In this document: positions 11,508 through 21,479 of the stretch, one piece after another
Layout: each line of letters begins with the position of its first letter
Position numbering within the stretch: the stretch's first letter is position 1
NCBI GenBank assembly: GCA_964019335.1
Contig: OZ025672.1
Location: forward strand, 248,001-312,000
DNA from: Diplonema japonicum
Taxonomy: Eukaryota; Protista; Euglenozoa: Diplonemea
Length of the DNA: 64,000 nt
Direction: 5' to 3'
The notes under the pieces: model-generated
The model's input: the letters and a program-made list of their open reading frames with translations, nothing else
What the model was told of the DNA's origin: nothing
Databases searched by the model: none
Made by a program: the position numbers and the translations under genes

Positions 11508-12125
11508 TCATGGCTTCAAGAGCAACAGGTCGATGTCGCCACTAAGCGACTCAACAAAGTCTTCGACAGAGGGCTCATAGAAGGCGAAAGTATCGTCAGT
11601 TGACTCACCCTGAATGGGTGCCCTGCAGCAGGGGCACGTATACCGCACTCCCCTTGACCAAGAAAGAATGCATTGATTGCAGAAGCCATGGGAGCAAGGA
11701 AGGACCTGTTCGATTTGTGTGGCCATGCATATACAGCATTCTTCTTTGGAGATAAGGCTTGTTTCGGCCTTTCTTTGAATCTTGAGAGTCGAAGTGTAGT
11801 TGGCTTTCAGAATGTTGAGAAGCTGGTAAAACATTATTCCATCTATTGTTCTGTTGCTGCCTTTGTATGTGATGTGAACTTGCATTTTGCTGACTCGGCG
11901 CCGTTTTGACCCCCAAAACAAGCCGCTGATGCTTCTCACAGTGCACGGGGACCCTTCGCCCACAGCCTCTGCTTCCAGTGCAAGGTCAAACCTCCCACCC
12001 ATTAACTCGTGGAAGATGCTGCTTACCATTTGTGCCATTCCTACGTCCTCGCTGAACTTGTTCTCTGAAAAATCTTCCGGGAGGGCGGCCAGCTCTAGCT
12101 GTCTTCGCTTTAGCATCGTCAACAT
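11508..12125 (-). CDS. C3HC4 RING finger protein (RNF141-like E3 ligase)
   Basis: CCICM..IEQVLPCSHGFCNQCI..W....TCPCCR near the C-terminus. Confidence 0.88.
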   Translation of the reverse strand: MLTMLKRRQLELAALPEDFSENKFSEDVGMAQMVSSIFHELMGGRFDLALEAEAVGEGSPCTVRSISGLFWGSKRRRVSKMQVHITYKGSNRTIDGIMFYQLLNILKANYTSTLKIQRKAETSLISKEECCICMATQIEQVLPCSHGFCNQCILSWSRGVRYTCPCCRAPIQGESTDDTFAFYEPSVEDFVESLSGDIDLLLLKP

Positions 12126-12292
12126 TTTCTTTTTGTTTTTTTTTCTTTCCTTTTGTGGTTTTTTTTTTTTTTCTCGAGAGGGGAATTAAAAAAAAAAGGA
12201 ACATTTCTTTTGAAAAGGTCTGCGTTTGTTGTGCTGTCCACACACAAAAAAGAAGGATGGGGGGGAGGGTAAGGTGGAAGAGAACAAAAAAC

Positions 12293-12327
12293 TTCTTTAT
12301 GACTATTTTGTCTTTGTTGTTCGCACG

Positions 12328-12366
<39 letters not shown>

Positions 12367-12455
12367 TTTCTTTTTCAAAAAAGCTGCGAAAGAGGTTTTT
12401 TTTTTTTTTTTTTTTTTTGCTCGGCACAAGATGCAGTAATAAATCATTTTTTGAA
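12293..12455 (+). repeat. Copy of the left part of the dispersed repeat at 31569-31935, with expanded homopolymers
   Basis: ttctttatgactat.tgtctttgttgttcgcacgagc(A)n...aaaagctgcgaaag...(T)ngctcggcacaag.tgca shared with 31569-31680. Confidence 0.9.
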
Positions 12456-12489
<34 letters not shown>

Positions 12490-12575
12490 ACACTAATAGA
12501 GCTGGCGAGGAATTTTCGAAACATCCTCTCAGAGCACACATGGTTAAAAAAAAAAGCTTTGTCCGACTTGAAATA

Positions 12576-13457
12576 TCAGAGAGGGAAGCTGACCCCTGTC
12601 TCCTTCTCACTGAGGGACCAAAACCTCTCCCTGATACAGAAGTCCTTCGCGGCGTAGGGAGGGCCTGCAAGGCAAGGGCTGCCGAAACTCCAAAAGTAAG
12701 GCCCGTAGTAGTCACCAGACTTGACGGAAGAACCTGTTGCTGCAAGGATCTGGGGCCTAGCTCCCTGTGAAACCTTCATCGCAAGCAGTGGGTTTATGTA
12801 ACGGAAGATTGAATTGCGCTGCAGCTCAGTTGCCGTGTACCCAGGGTGGGCCGCAACAGCAATGATGTTGGTCCCCTCAAGCCTCTTCGCAAGCTCGTAG
12901 TGGAACACAAGGTTTGCAAACTTGCTGTGCCCGTATGCCTCCTGCGTGTTGAAACTCTTGTCGCAGTGGATGTCGTCGAAGTCGATCCACCCGCCGCCAG
13001 GCAGGAACCGCAACGCCATCATGCTGCTCACTGTCACCACCCTCGGCTTATCGGCCGCCCTCAAGGAAGGCAGCAGGTGCATTGTCAGAGCAAAGTGTCC
13101 AAAGTGGTTCGTCCCCATCTGCATGTCGAACCCCTGCTTCGTCTTCACCCTCTCCGTGAACATCACACCAGCATTGTTCATGAGGCAGTCAATTTTCGCA
13201 TGATCTTTTTTAATGTTATCAGCAAACTCTTTCACACTGTCAAGGTCTGCAAGGTCCAACCTCACGAACTCCACACCCCCCTTCCCGTTTGTCTCTTTTT
13301 TAACCTTCTCTATCGCGGCCATTGCTCTTTCCTGGCTGCGGCACCCCATCACAACATGTCCGCCTGCGAGCATTATTTGCTTCATCGACTCGTACCCGAG
13401 GCCCGAGTTGGCACCTGTGATCACAAAGGTCTTGCCTGTCTGGTCCGTGATGTCCAT
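12576..13457 (-). CDS. Short-chain dehydrogenase/reductase (retinol-DH/WWOX-like), tandem copy 1
   Basis: TGANSGLG, NNAG, NHFGHF, YGHSK (YxxxK), HPG motifs. Confidence 0.95.
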   Translation of the reverse strand: MDITDQTGKTFVITGANSGLGYESMKQIMLAGGHVVMGCRSQERAMAAIEKVKKETNGKGGVEFVRLDLADLDSVKEFADNIKKDHAKIDCLMNNAGVMFTERVKTKQGFDMQMGTNHFGHFALTMHLLPSLRAADKPRVVTVSSMMALRFLPGGGWIDFDDIHCDKSFNTQEAYGHSKFANLVFHYELAKRLEGTNIIAVAAHPGYTATELQRNSIFRYINPLLAMKVSQGARPQILAATGSSVKSGDYYGPYFWSFGSPCLAGPPYAAKDFCIRERFWSLSEKETGVSFPL

Positions 13458-13682
13458 TTTGCTGTTGTTGCGTGTTGACCTGTATACTTGATCTGTAAAG
13501 CACGGAGTTTGAAGGCTGTGTCTTTGTGGAGTGGTTCAGCCCTTTAGTTGAGCAGAACAGAAAAGAAAATACATCCCGTTTCAAACCGAGGCCAGTCTCT
13601 TCTCCGATTTGTATAATGGGCTGACCCGTTCTTTTCTTTTCTTTTCTTTTCTTTTCTTGAAATTCAACCCTGGAGGGTGAAT

Positions 13683-13768
13683 GGGCATTTCTACAGTAAA
13701 TGTCATACAGAAAACCGAAAATTAACTATTTCCAGCACTAGTTTGTGACATTTATCGTAGAAATGCCC
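13683..13768. mobile_element. 86-bp miniature inverted-repeat element with AT flanks
   Basis: gggcatttctac.. taaatgtca ... tgacattta ..gtagaaatgccc, flanked by AT at 13681-82 and 13769-70. Confidence 0.7.
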
Positions 13769-13811
13769 ATATACTTTTTTTTTCATTTCTTTTCTTTTAC
13801 AACGTTGTGGA

Positions 13812-13938
13812 GTGTCCCATACTCTCAAGAGAAGGGATCACAGCCCATTCTGTCGGCTCACAGCTCCTGTACAAGTGGTGCTTGTGTTCGTGTATCAACG
13901 TCTTCATCCCATCCGCAAGCCCGCTCACCTCCATGTTC
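13812..13938 (-). pseudogene. 127-bp captured fragment of the SPX-kinase gene (exon 2 plus putative splice donor)
   Basis: About 90% identical by eye to 26396-26522, same orientation. Confidence 0.9.
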
Positions 13939-13976
13939 TTTAGTATACGTTCTTTCAACCCCTAAAACCTTTTTTA

Positions 13977-14858
13977 TCAGAGAGGGAAGCTGACCCCTGT
14001 CTCCTTCTCACTGAGGGCCCACAACCTCTCCCTGATCACAGGGTCCTTTGAAGCGTAAGGAGGGCCTGCAAGGGAAGGGCTGCCGAAACTCATCCAGTAA
14101 GGCCCGTAGTAGTCACCAGACTTGACGGAAGAACCTGTTGCTGCAAGGATCTGGGGCCTAGCTCCTTGCGGGGCCTTCATGGCAAACACTGGGTTCATGT
14201 AACGGAAGATTGAATTGCGCTGCAGCTCAGTTGCCGTGTACCCAGGGTGGGCCGCAACAGCAATGATGTTGGTCCCCTCAAGCCTCTTCGCAAGCTCGTA
14301 GTGGAACACAAGGTTTGCAAACTTGCTGTGCCCGTACTGCGTGTATGTGTTGAAACTCTTGTCGCAGTGGATGTCGTCGAAGTTGATCCACCCGCCGCCA
14401 GGCAGGAACCGCAACGCCATAATACTGCTCACTGTCACCACCCTCGGCTTATCGGCCGCCCTCAAGGAAGGCAGCAGGTGCATTGTCAGAGCAAAGTGTC
14501 CGAAGTGGTTCGTCCCCATCTGCATGTCGAACCCCTGCTTCGTCTTCACCCTTTCTGTGAAACATACACCAGCATTGTTCATGAGGCAGTCAATTTTCGC
14601 ATGATTCTTTTTAATGTTATCAGCAAACTCTTTCACACTGTCAAGGTCTGCAAGGTCCAACTTCACGAACTCCACACCCCCCTTCCCGTTTGTCTCTTTT
14701 TTAACCTTCTCTATCGCGGCCACTGCTCTTTCCTGGCTGCGGCACCCCATCACAACATGTCCGCCTGCGAGCATTATTTGCTTCATCGACTCGTACCCGA
14801 GGCCCGAGTTGGCACCTGTGATCACAAAGGTCTTCCCGCTCTGGTTGCCGATGTCCAT
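13977..14858 (-). CDS. SDR tandem copy 2
   Basis: Near-identical to copy 1, same motifs. Confidence 0.95.
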   Translation of the reverse strand: MDIGNQSGKTFVITGANSGLGYESMKQIMLAGGHVVMGCRSQERAVAAIEKVKKETNGKGGVEFVKLDLADLDSVKEFADNIKKNHAKIDCLMNNAGVCFTERVKTKQGFDMQMGTNHFGHFALTMHLLPSLRAADKPRVVTVSSIMALRFLPGGGWINFDDIHCDKSFNTYTQYGHSKFANLVFHYELAKRLEGTNIIAVAAHPGYTATELQRNSIFRYMNPVFAMKAPQGARPQILAATGSSVKSGDYYGPYWMSFGSPSLAGPPYASKDPVIRERLWALSEKETGVSFPL

Positions 14859-15141
14859 TGTGTTGTTCGGTAAATATCTGAGAAAGTTGCTTGATAAAGC
14901 ACATGAGAACAGTCAAAAATAACAATAACAGAGATAGAGAGTAACCAAAAAGAGAGGAAGGAAGGTGGGAGCAATGCTCTCCTGTTTTATCACTTTGTTC
15001 AGGCAGACTCCTTAATATGGAGGATCTGCCTTTAAGATAGGGAACCAGAGGAATGGGTTCTCTCGGGTAAATGCACGTTCTGTAACAGAACGATTTGTTT
15101 CTAAGCGTTCAGCTCACAATAGTTCTTGTGAGGTGTTTGTC

Positions 15142-16008
15142 TCAAAGCGGGAACATTACTCCTGTCTCCTTTTCGCTGAGGGCCCACAGTTTGCCCCTGA
15201 TGACAGGGTCAAGGGCAGCTTTTGGAGGGCTTGCAAGATGGGGATTTCCGAAGCTCAACCACCGCGGCCCGTAGTACTCCCCGGACGTGACGGAAGAACC
15301 TGTTGCTGCAGTTAGCTGAGATTTTGCTCCTTGCGGGCCACTCATGGCTAAGACGTTTAAGAAACGGGCGAAGGAGTTGCGCTGCAGCTCAGTTGCCGTG
15401 TACCCAGGGTGGGCCGCAACAGCAATGATGTTGGTCCCCTCAAGCCTCTTCGCAAGCTCGTAGTGGAACACAAGGTTTGCAAACTTGCTGTGCCCGTACG
15501 CAACATACGTGTTGAACCTCTTGTCGCAGTGGATGTCGTCGAAGTCGATCCACCCGCCGCCAGGCATGATTCGCAACGCCATCATGCTGCTCACTGTCAC
15601 CACCCTCGGCTTATCGGCCGCCCTCAAGGAAGGCAGCAGGTGCATTGTCAGAGCAAAGTGTCCAAAGTGGTTCGTCCCCATCTGCATGTCGAACCCCTGC
15701 TTCGTCTTCACCCTCTCCGTGAACATCACACCAGCATTATTCATGAGGCAGTCTAGTTTCGCATGCTTCCTTTTTACATTCTCAGCAAACTCTTTCACAC
15801 TGTCAAGGTCTGCAAGGTCCAACTTCACGAACTCCACACTCCCCTTCCCGCTGGTTGCTTTTTTAACCTTCTCTATCGCGGCCATTGCTCTTTCCTGGCT
15901 GCGGCACCCCATCACAACATGTCCGCCTGCGAGCATGATCTGCCTCATCGACTCGTACCCGAGGCCTGAGTTGGCACCTGTGATCACAAAGGTCTTGGCA
16001 ACGTTCAT
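15142..16008 (-). CDS. SDR tandem copy 3
   Basis: Same motifs; more diverged C-terminus. Confidence 0.95.
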   Translation of the reverse strand: MNVAKTFVITGANSGLGYESMRQIMLAGGHVVMGCRSQERAMAAIEKVKKATSGKGSVEFVKLDLADLDSVKEFAENVKRKHAKLDCLMNNAGVMFTERVKTKQGFDMQMGTNHFGHFALTMHLLPSLRAADKPRVVTVSSMMALRIMPGGGWIDFDDIHCDKRFNTYVAYGHSKFANLVFHYELAKRLEGTNIIAVAAHPGYTATELQRNSFARFLNVLAMSGPQGAKSQLTAATGSSVTSGEYYGPRWLSFGNPHLASPPKAALDPVIRGKLWALSEKETGVMFPL

Positions 16009-16592
16009 TTTAGTTTAGAAATAAAAAAATCTTTTTTTTGTAATTTAAAAATAGAAAGAGCTAAAAAAGATTTTTTTTTTAAAAAATGCAAGTACGGGTC
16101 AATAGAAATGAAAAAATTGGTGTATGTATGCCTGCACATGTGGACGATTTGCCGAAGCTTACGACTTCTGGTAGGTGACAGTGTAGCCCGAGTTCTGAGC
16201 GGGAAGGTAAAGGTTACCAGGGAGGACGTTGTACGCCTGGTTGCCGGGAAGGGCGAAGGTGTACCCAGCACCGCCTTGGGGAGCCTGACCAGTCGGCATG
16301 GTTTTCCTTTTTTTTTTCTTTAAGTTAAGGTGTAACCTGTGATGTTAAGAGGCTTGAGAAATGCAGAGAACACGACAACGCAAAAGCCTTGAGGAAAAAA
16401 AAGAAAGAGGAAAAAAAGAAGAAAAAAAAAAAAGAAGCCGTACATTTTTGTGCGCTCACCAGCCTACTAAAGTTCAGGCCCCGTTGCCCCCATTCTGAGG
16501 GCTCCGACGGGGACAGATTTAAGGCGAACTAATTATTCATCAGAAGAAAGAAGAGAAGAACTAAAAGCAACTAAAATACACGATGATAACTT

Positions 16593-16657
16593 ATGAGTTG
16601 GAGCAAAGGAGGTCATTGAGACGCCCCTTTGTTCTCATCACCTTCGCATCTATCCCT
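16593..16657 (-). mobile_element. Very short 3'-end remnant of the LINE family seen at 52719 and 55952
   Basis: atgagtt...aaagga.gtc...gagacgcccc.ttgttctcatc...gca.ctatccc matches 52719-52782. Confidence 0.65.
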
Positions 16658-16779
16658 CAACAGAAAACAGAAAAAGAAGACAAGAAGAGATATCAGACTC
16701 TTGGAAAAGAGCTCGTAACATGGTGTTTCTCCTCTCGTCCCCCCCCCCCCCTTTTTTTTTCTCTTCCCTGAATAAAACT

Positions 16780-18549
16780 TCAATTCTTCTTTGTGACATC
16801 GGGTAGGGAGGAAAAGCCGACTGTGCTCGGTGGGGCTGGCTGCTTTGGAGGCCATATGAAGATTAGCTCAGCTGGGTTGGCATGGGGACAATCTTGAAGT
16901 GCAATTCTTCTCGCTTCCTGTACCGTGCTCTGATCGACTGCGAGACCGTACACCCGGGACCCATCGATGCATGGACCAACGACAAGAGACTTGCAATATG
17001 GTTTTACCATGAAATCCTCCCAGGATTGGACACCTTCACTTCCGTTCCATTGTATCTCTGAAGCCTCGGGTGGACGGGGCTGCTGTTGTGCAGTTCTCAC
17101 AGAGGTGCTTTTACTGCAGGTTTTTCTATGAATGCTCCAGTGGACAGCTTGACAAGCTTCCCCACAGTATGCTATGGAGTGGCATGGACACTTTCGCAAA
17201 GGGTGTCCAACCTCATCGGCCGCTTTCTTGCAACTCCCGCACACGTTTCGCTTGACCTTCCCAGAAGTTGCGGCGCTTCTCTTCATCAGCTCGTCGCTGT
17301 TCATGAACTTCACTATCGCTTCCCTCACCGACTGGTGCAGAACTTTGTTCGCAGCGACTGATGCGGTCACCTCCTCTAGCGACCACATCTCGCACTTTGC
17401 TGTCCCTTTGCTTACCCGTCGCTTCAAGGTGCCTACGGGCGGTGTGTTCAGTTGCGACATTGATAAGTCTGACTTCGAGATTTGTCTCGACAGACCCTCC
17501 TGGCACTGCGACACCATTTGGCTGGCCCGCAGTGACATGGCTTCTGCGAGGCCTTCCCGTGCATAGGGTGCGATCCCTTTAAAGATATCCACGATGTCCT
17601 GTGCCCCCACGGCACCGTGAGCGTCGGTTTGCAGGGATTCGAGGGTTTGAACACCCCATACGCTTTCACCGAGGGCTTGCGCGAGAGTTGCCTTGCCGAT
17701 CTTGCCGTCCAGATGGCCTATCTTGCTGCCGATGGTAGAGAAGGACGAAGTAACAGAGGACGCGATGTCCTCGGGTACAGTGGTGAACATTTCGAGGGTA
17801 CTGGTGGCGTCCGCGACTGTATTTGCTATAGATTCCAACCCGTCCCGAACGATGGTGCGGAGGTCGTTCATGACAGTCACGAGGCTGTCGTAGATAACGG
17901 TCAAGCTGTTTGCTACCCGTGTGCCGGGCCCTGTTGAGCTGGAACGCCGCATTTTACGAAGCTTGTCAAGCCTGCCTTCAAAAGGCGCTGTGATGCTGAT
18001 CCGTCCTGCTGAACGCAAAGGCGGGTGCGGGGAAAATCCTAACGGTTTATCTACCACAGAGACTATCTTCTCGTAATCGGAAATCCTTTCTTCAAGCTCT
18101 TCATTGCGTGCTTTGATGAGATGCATTTCTGTGTCGTGCCGCTGTGTGGTGTTTAACATGTGCACGCTGCTTCTCCGTGAGAGGCCTGTCTCGCGTTGCC
18201 GTGATAGTATGATTTGTTCGTCTTTTCTGATTAGCAGCAAGCTAAGGGCGGCGTGGGAGTCCTTCAATTCGTTGATGGCGTCGGGTATCTGCTTCAGAAT
18301 GTCCTTGTGTGTGCCTTTCTCTGCAAGGGCCGAGCAGGCTGTTCTAAACAGATCCTCAAGACGCTTTGTGGCGCACACGACCTCCTTCGGCAGCACTGGG
18401 TTCTCCTTCAAGGACACAATCGACTGTCTTCTGCCCCGATACCGTTCCATCATCTGCGGCTCGTCGTCTTCACTTACCTCTTCTGCAGCGCGGAGCTCCT
18501 CCATCATCTCCATGTTTATCCTCTCGCTCACAGCTTGCAGAAGCGCCAT
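16780..18549 (-). CDS. Coiled-coil protein with MYND zinc finger (5' end uncertain)
   Basis: CGSC...LRKCPCHSIAYCGEACQAVHWSIHRKTC; first ATG at 18549. Confidence 0.85.
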   Translation of the reverse strand: MALLQAVSERINMEMMEELRAAEEVSEDDEPQMMERYRGRRQSIVSLKENPVLPKEVVCATKRLEDLFRTACSALAEKGTHKDILKQIPDAINELKDSHAALSLLLIRKDEQIILSRQRETGLSRRSSVHMLNTTQRHDTEMHLIKARNEELEERISDYEKIVSVVDKPLGFSPHPPLRSAGRISITAPFEGRLDKLRKMRRSSSTGPGTRVANSLTVIYDSLVTVMNDLRTIVRDGLESIANTVADATSTLEMFTTVPEDIASSVTSSFSTIGSKIGHLDGKIGKATLAQALGESVWGVQTLESLQTDAHGAVGAQDIVDIFKGIAPYAREGLAEAMSLRASQMVSQCQEGLSRQISKSDLSMSQLNTPPVGTLKRRVSKGTAKCEMWSLEEVTASVAANKVLHQSVREAIVKFMNSDELMKRSAATSGKVKRNVCGSCKKAADEVGHPLRKCPCHSIAYCGEACQAVHWSIHRKTCSKSTSVRTAQQQPRPPEASEIQWNGSEGVQSWEDFMVKPYCKSLVVGPCIDGSRVYGLAVDQSTVQEARRIALQDCPHANPAELIFIWPPKQPAPPSTVGFSSLPDVTKKN

Positions 18550-19184
18550 TTTTCTGCGCCCGTTCTCCCTGTTCACATTGTGGGATACTGGGCTTACCAA
18601 AATATTGAGGGGGTTGAAAAAAAAAAAATAAAGGGGGTAATTCCCTTCTTTGTAATTCGTTTTTTTTATTATAATTTCTTTTCTTCTTCAACCTGGGCCG
18701 TCGAGTCCATGTCCCAATGTCACATCAGAGTCAATAAAGTTCAAAGGTGTTCCGAAATGCCATGCTTGGGGTGCGATGAAGGAAGCTCCGCTTGAGCCCG
18801 AAGTCGTGTCTCTGTGTTATTATTTTATTCCCCTTCTTTTTTTTGTTAACATACTTCGATTTCGAAGAGATCACATCGGCGTTTAGTAAGTCTGGCCCTC
18901 CTCCCATTTCCCCTCACTTCTTTGGGTAAATAAGGGGGGAGGGGGGTAGTAAATCATTTAATAAAAACGAACGAGGTAACGATGGGGCCTCCACTAAGGC
19001 ACGGGCTTGAAGGTGCTGGACTACGGAGTGCCTCTATGAGCATTCACGGCAACGGAACGAACGATGTCCCTGGGAGGTCAAAAAAGAAAATAATCACTCA
19101 ACACAAAATTAACAAAATGAATGGGGCTTTCTACGTAAGTATGGGCGGATAAGAAGAAGAAAAAAAAAAAGAATGTTAAAAAAT

Positions 19185-21152
19185 TTATTTTAACCGCGAT
19201 CTTTGGAAATAGTTGGTGCATTCTGAAGGCGGGCGGGGGATGTGCCGTGTTGTGGGGACGCTGCATTTTGTCTCATAATACTTACCAGACAGTATTTCGG
19301 TGATGTTGTCTACCCCGCGTGTATAACAAGCGGAGGGGTCCTGCAGCGCGGCAAGCTGCTCCCTCACCTGTTCTAAATACACCGCTGCAGGGTGACCATG
19401 CCTCGAAACCGTTTTAGGATTTGAAAGCAGCTCGTAAATAACAGGCATCTCTGAAGGACACGTTGAATCAAGCTGCTTGATGACCGGTTGAGATATTCTG
19501 TACACAATGGAAGACGCCTGCAGGGTTACCACTGAGTCGGGTGTGTCAGTCTTTGATGTGGTGAACATCTCATGCTGACCAACTACTCTTACGTCATCGC
19601 TGTCACGCAACTCAAGCATACCTTCTGCCACGTGATAAATCTCGCTTTCTGCAGTGATGTCGAGATGTGTCCTTGGAGCGAGTTTTAACCTTTCGGAGGA
19701 CAACAAAATTATGTTGAAGAAATCTCTGTTCTGAACAATGTTGTGAAACAGCGAATTTCGGTAGAATTCCTTGAACGTCTGCGACATCACCTGCCGTTCT
19801 CTCGCCGTGCCGGCGATGGTGTCGAACAGCGCGGGGAATAAATTCGCGATTTTATTAAACCCGCGGGTCGTCAACGCGATCGCTGAAATAGGCGCGGAAC
19901 ATGAGACAGAGGCGGTTCGGTAGGTACCGGTTAGAAGCGAAACCTCACCAGCAAACCCGTCTCGTATATTTCCTACAAGGCTCTCGTTGATCCATATTTC
20001 AAAAACGCCGGTTGTTATGAAGTACATTACATCGCCTTCGGTGTTTTGTTCAATGAGCGGCTGGTGCGCTTCACGAACGACAGTGTACATGTCACGGCAA
20101 ATGTGGGTTTGAAATATCTCATTATTTGCATACGGCCGCAGTACTGAATTGTGGTGAAGCAGGGACATTGCGTTGGCCCGCGCGCGTTTTTCAACAAGAC
20201 GGGAGATCACTGATATAACAGCTCGATGCGGTGAGCTGAACAATCCTTCCTTTGACACCACCGCAACTTCTGTACGGCATACCGCTACTACCGTTGCCGT
20301 TCTCATTGTCGGCAATAACAACGACATTTCACCGAAAAAATCGCCTTCTCGAAGAGTGGCAACCGCGCGATCTCGGAGGATCACATTAACCATCCCGGTG
20401 GTTATGAAGTACATTTCAGTCGGTTGTTGTCCGAGTTGTACGATTAGCTCCCCGCGGTTGAAGACTTTCGACGGTCTGGTTCGAAGAAAGAATTTGAATT
20501 TCGGTTCCATAACAGCTTCTTGAAACGGAACGGTAAGAGTAGCTTCCTTCGGGACGGTGGTGTAATGGGTTGCAGTGAGGTTTCCCTCCCGGCTTGGTTC
20601 GGTACCCTCGTTGTTTAAATATGATTTTTCCTTCCCGGACGGTCGTATCGCGTTCAAAACAGATCCACCGAAAATATCCCACGGGATATCAAAATCAACC
20701 TTCCCGGTACGCGGCACGAAATGTTTCGCCAACATCACAAGTTTATCATCAACAGTCGATTTGATTATGTTCAGTGTTTTATACGCGTCGGCTAGGCTCG
20801 CATTTGCCAGAGAAATGCTTAATTGCACGTTCTGATGCTCTTTTTTTATAAAAGCCTGTCTTGCGTGATGCCTCGTTATAGTCTCGTTGTGTCTCTCGAG
20901 AATGGCCTGGTGTGCGGATGTTAGTTCTCTTTCGGTGGTTAATAAGTCTGCTATTTGTGTTTCCAGTGCCTCGCACCTCCGTTGATCTATTTCGAGCCTT
21001 AATCTGACCTCGGATCCGTCATGTGACGTGACGCTCTTTCTTGCGGTGCTTGCTGTGCTGCGCTTTCTTTCGTCTCCGTTCTTTGGGGATAACATGCTGC
21101 TTCTGCTTAGGTTGCCCACGGACCCCTTCGACTTTCTCGGTTTTAACGGCAT
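19185..21152 (-). CDS. Cyclic-nucleotide-binding protein (coiled coil, two canonical and one degenerate cNMP domain)
   Basis: FFGEMSLL....RTATVVA and FAGEVSLL....RTASV phosphate-binding cassettes; ATG at 21152 after an A-run. Confidence 0.9.
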   Translation of the reverse strand: MPLKPRKSKGSVGNLSRSSMLSPKNGDERKRSTASTARKSVTSHDGSEVRLRLEIDQRRCEALETQIADLLTTERELTSAHQAILERHNETITRHHARQAFIKKEHQNVQLSISLANASLADAYKTLNIIKSTVDDKLVMLAKHFVPRTGKVDFDIPWDIFGGSVLNAIRPSGKEKSYLNNEGTEPSREGNLTATHYTTVPKEATLTVPFQEAVMEPKFKFFLRTRPSKVFNRGELIVQLGQQPTEMYFITTGMVNVILRDRAVATLREGDFFGEMSLLLPTMRTATVVAVCRTEVAVVSKEGLFSSPHRAVISVISRLVEKRARANAMSLLHHNSVLRPYANNEIFQTHICRDMYTVVREAHQPLIEQNTEGDVMYFITTGVFEIWINESLVGNIRDGFAGEVSLLTGTYRTASVSCSAPISAIALTTRGFNKIANLFPALFDTIAGTARERQVMSQTFKEFYRNSLFHNIVQNRDFFNIILLSSERLKLAPRTHLDITAESEIYHVAEGMLELRDSDDVRVVGQHEMFTTSKTDTPDSVVTLQASSIVYRISQPVIKQLDSTCPSEMPVIYELLSNPKTVSRHGHPAAVYLEQVREQLAALQDPSACYTRGVDNITEILSGKYYETKCSVPTTRHIPRPPSECTNYFQRSRLK

Positions 21153-21479
21153 TTTTTTTTTTGTTGTTACGAACCAACCTTTTTTTTTTAAAAAAAAGGG
21201 GGGGGGGAAACACCCGTCCACGTAAGCAAAAAAAAAAACTTTTTTTTTTTTACACCATGGTGGTCCAAAAAAAAAAAAAAAGATAGGAAGGTTTCAAAAT
21301 GGGTGAGTGCGTTAAATAGTTGTGCGTTTCACCACGGATGGCAAAAAGAAAAGCTCCCTGCATACATGGTTTAGTGACAAAAAAAAATAGATTCTGCTTA
21401 ACGTGATCGGAGTTTTCTCCTTATACACCTTTTTATTTTTCTTTTTTAAGATTGGCAACTCGTCAATAAAAGAATATAT

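Noticed and set aside
16090-16300. Possible copia RT remnant (HVDDL on the + strand)
   Set aside because: A single short motif followed by a stop, with no LTRs or other domains.
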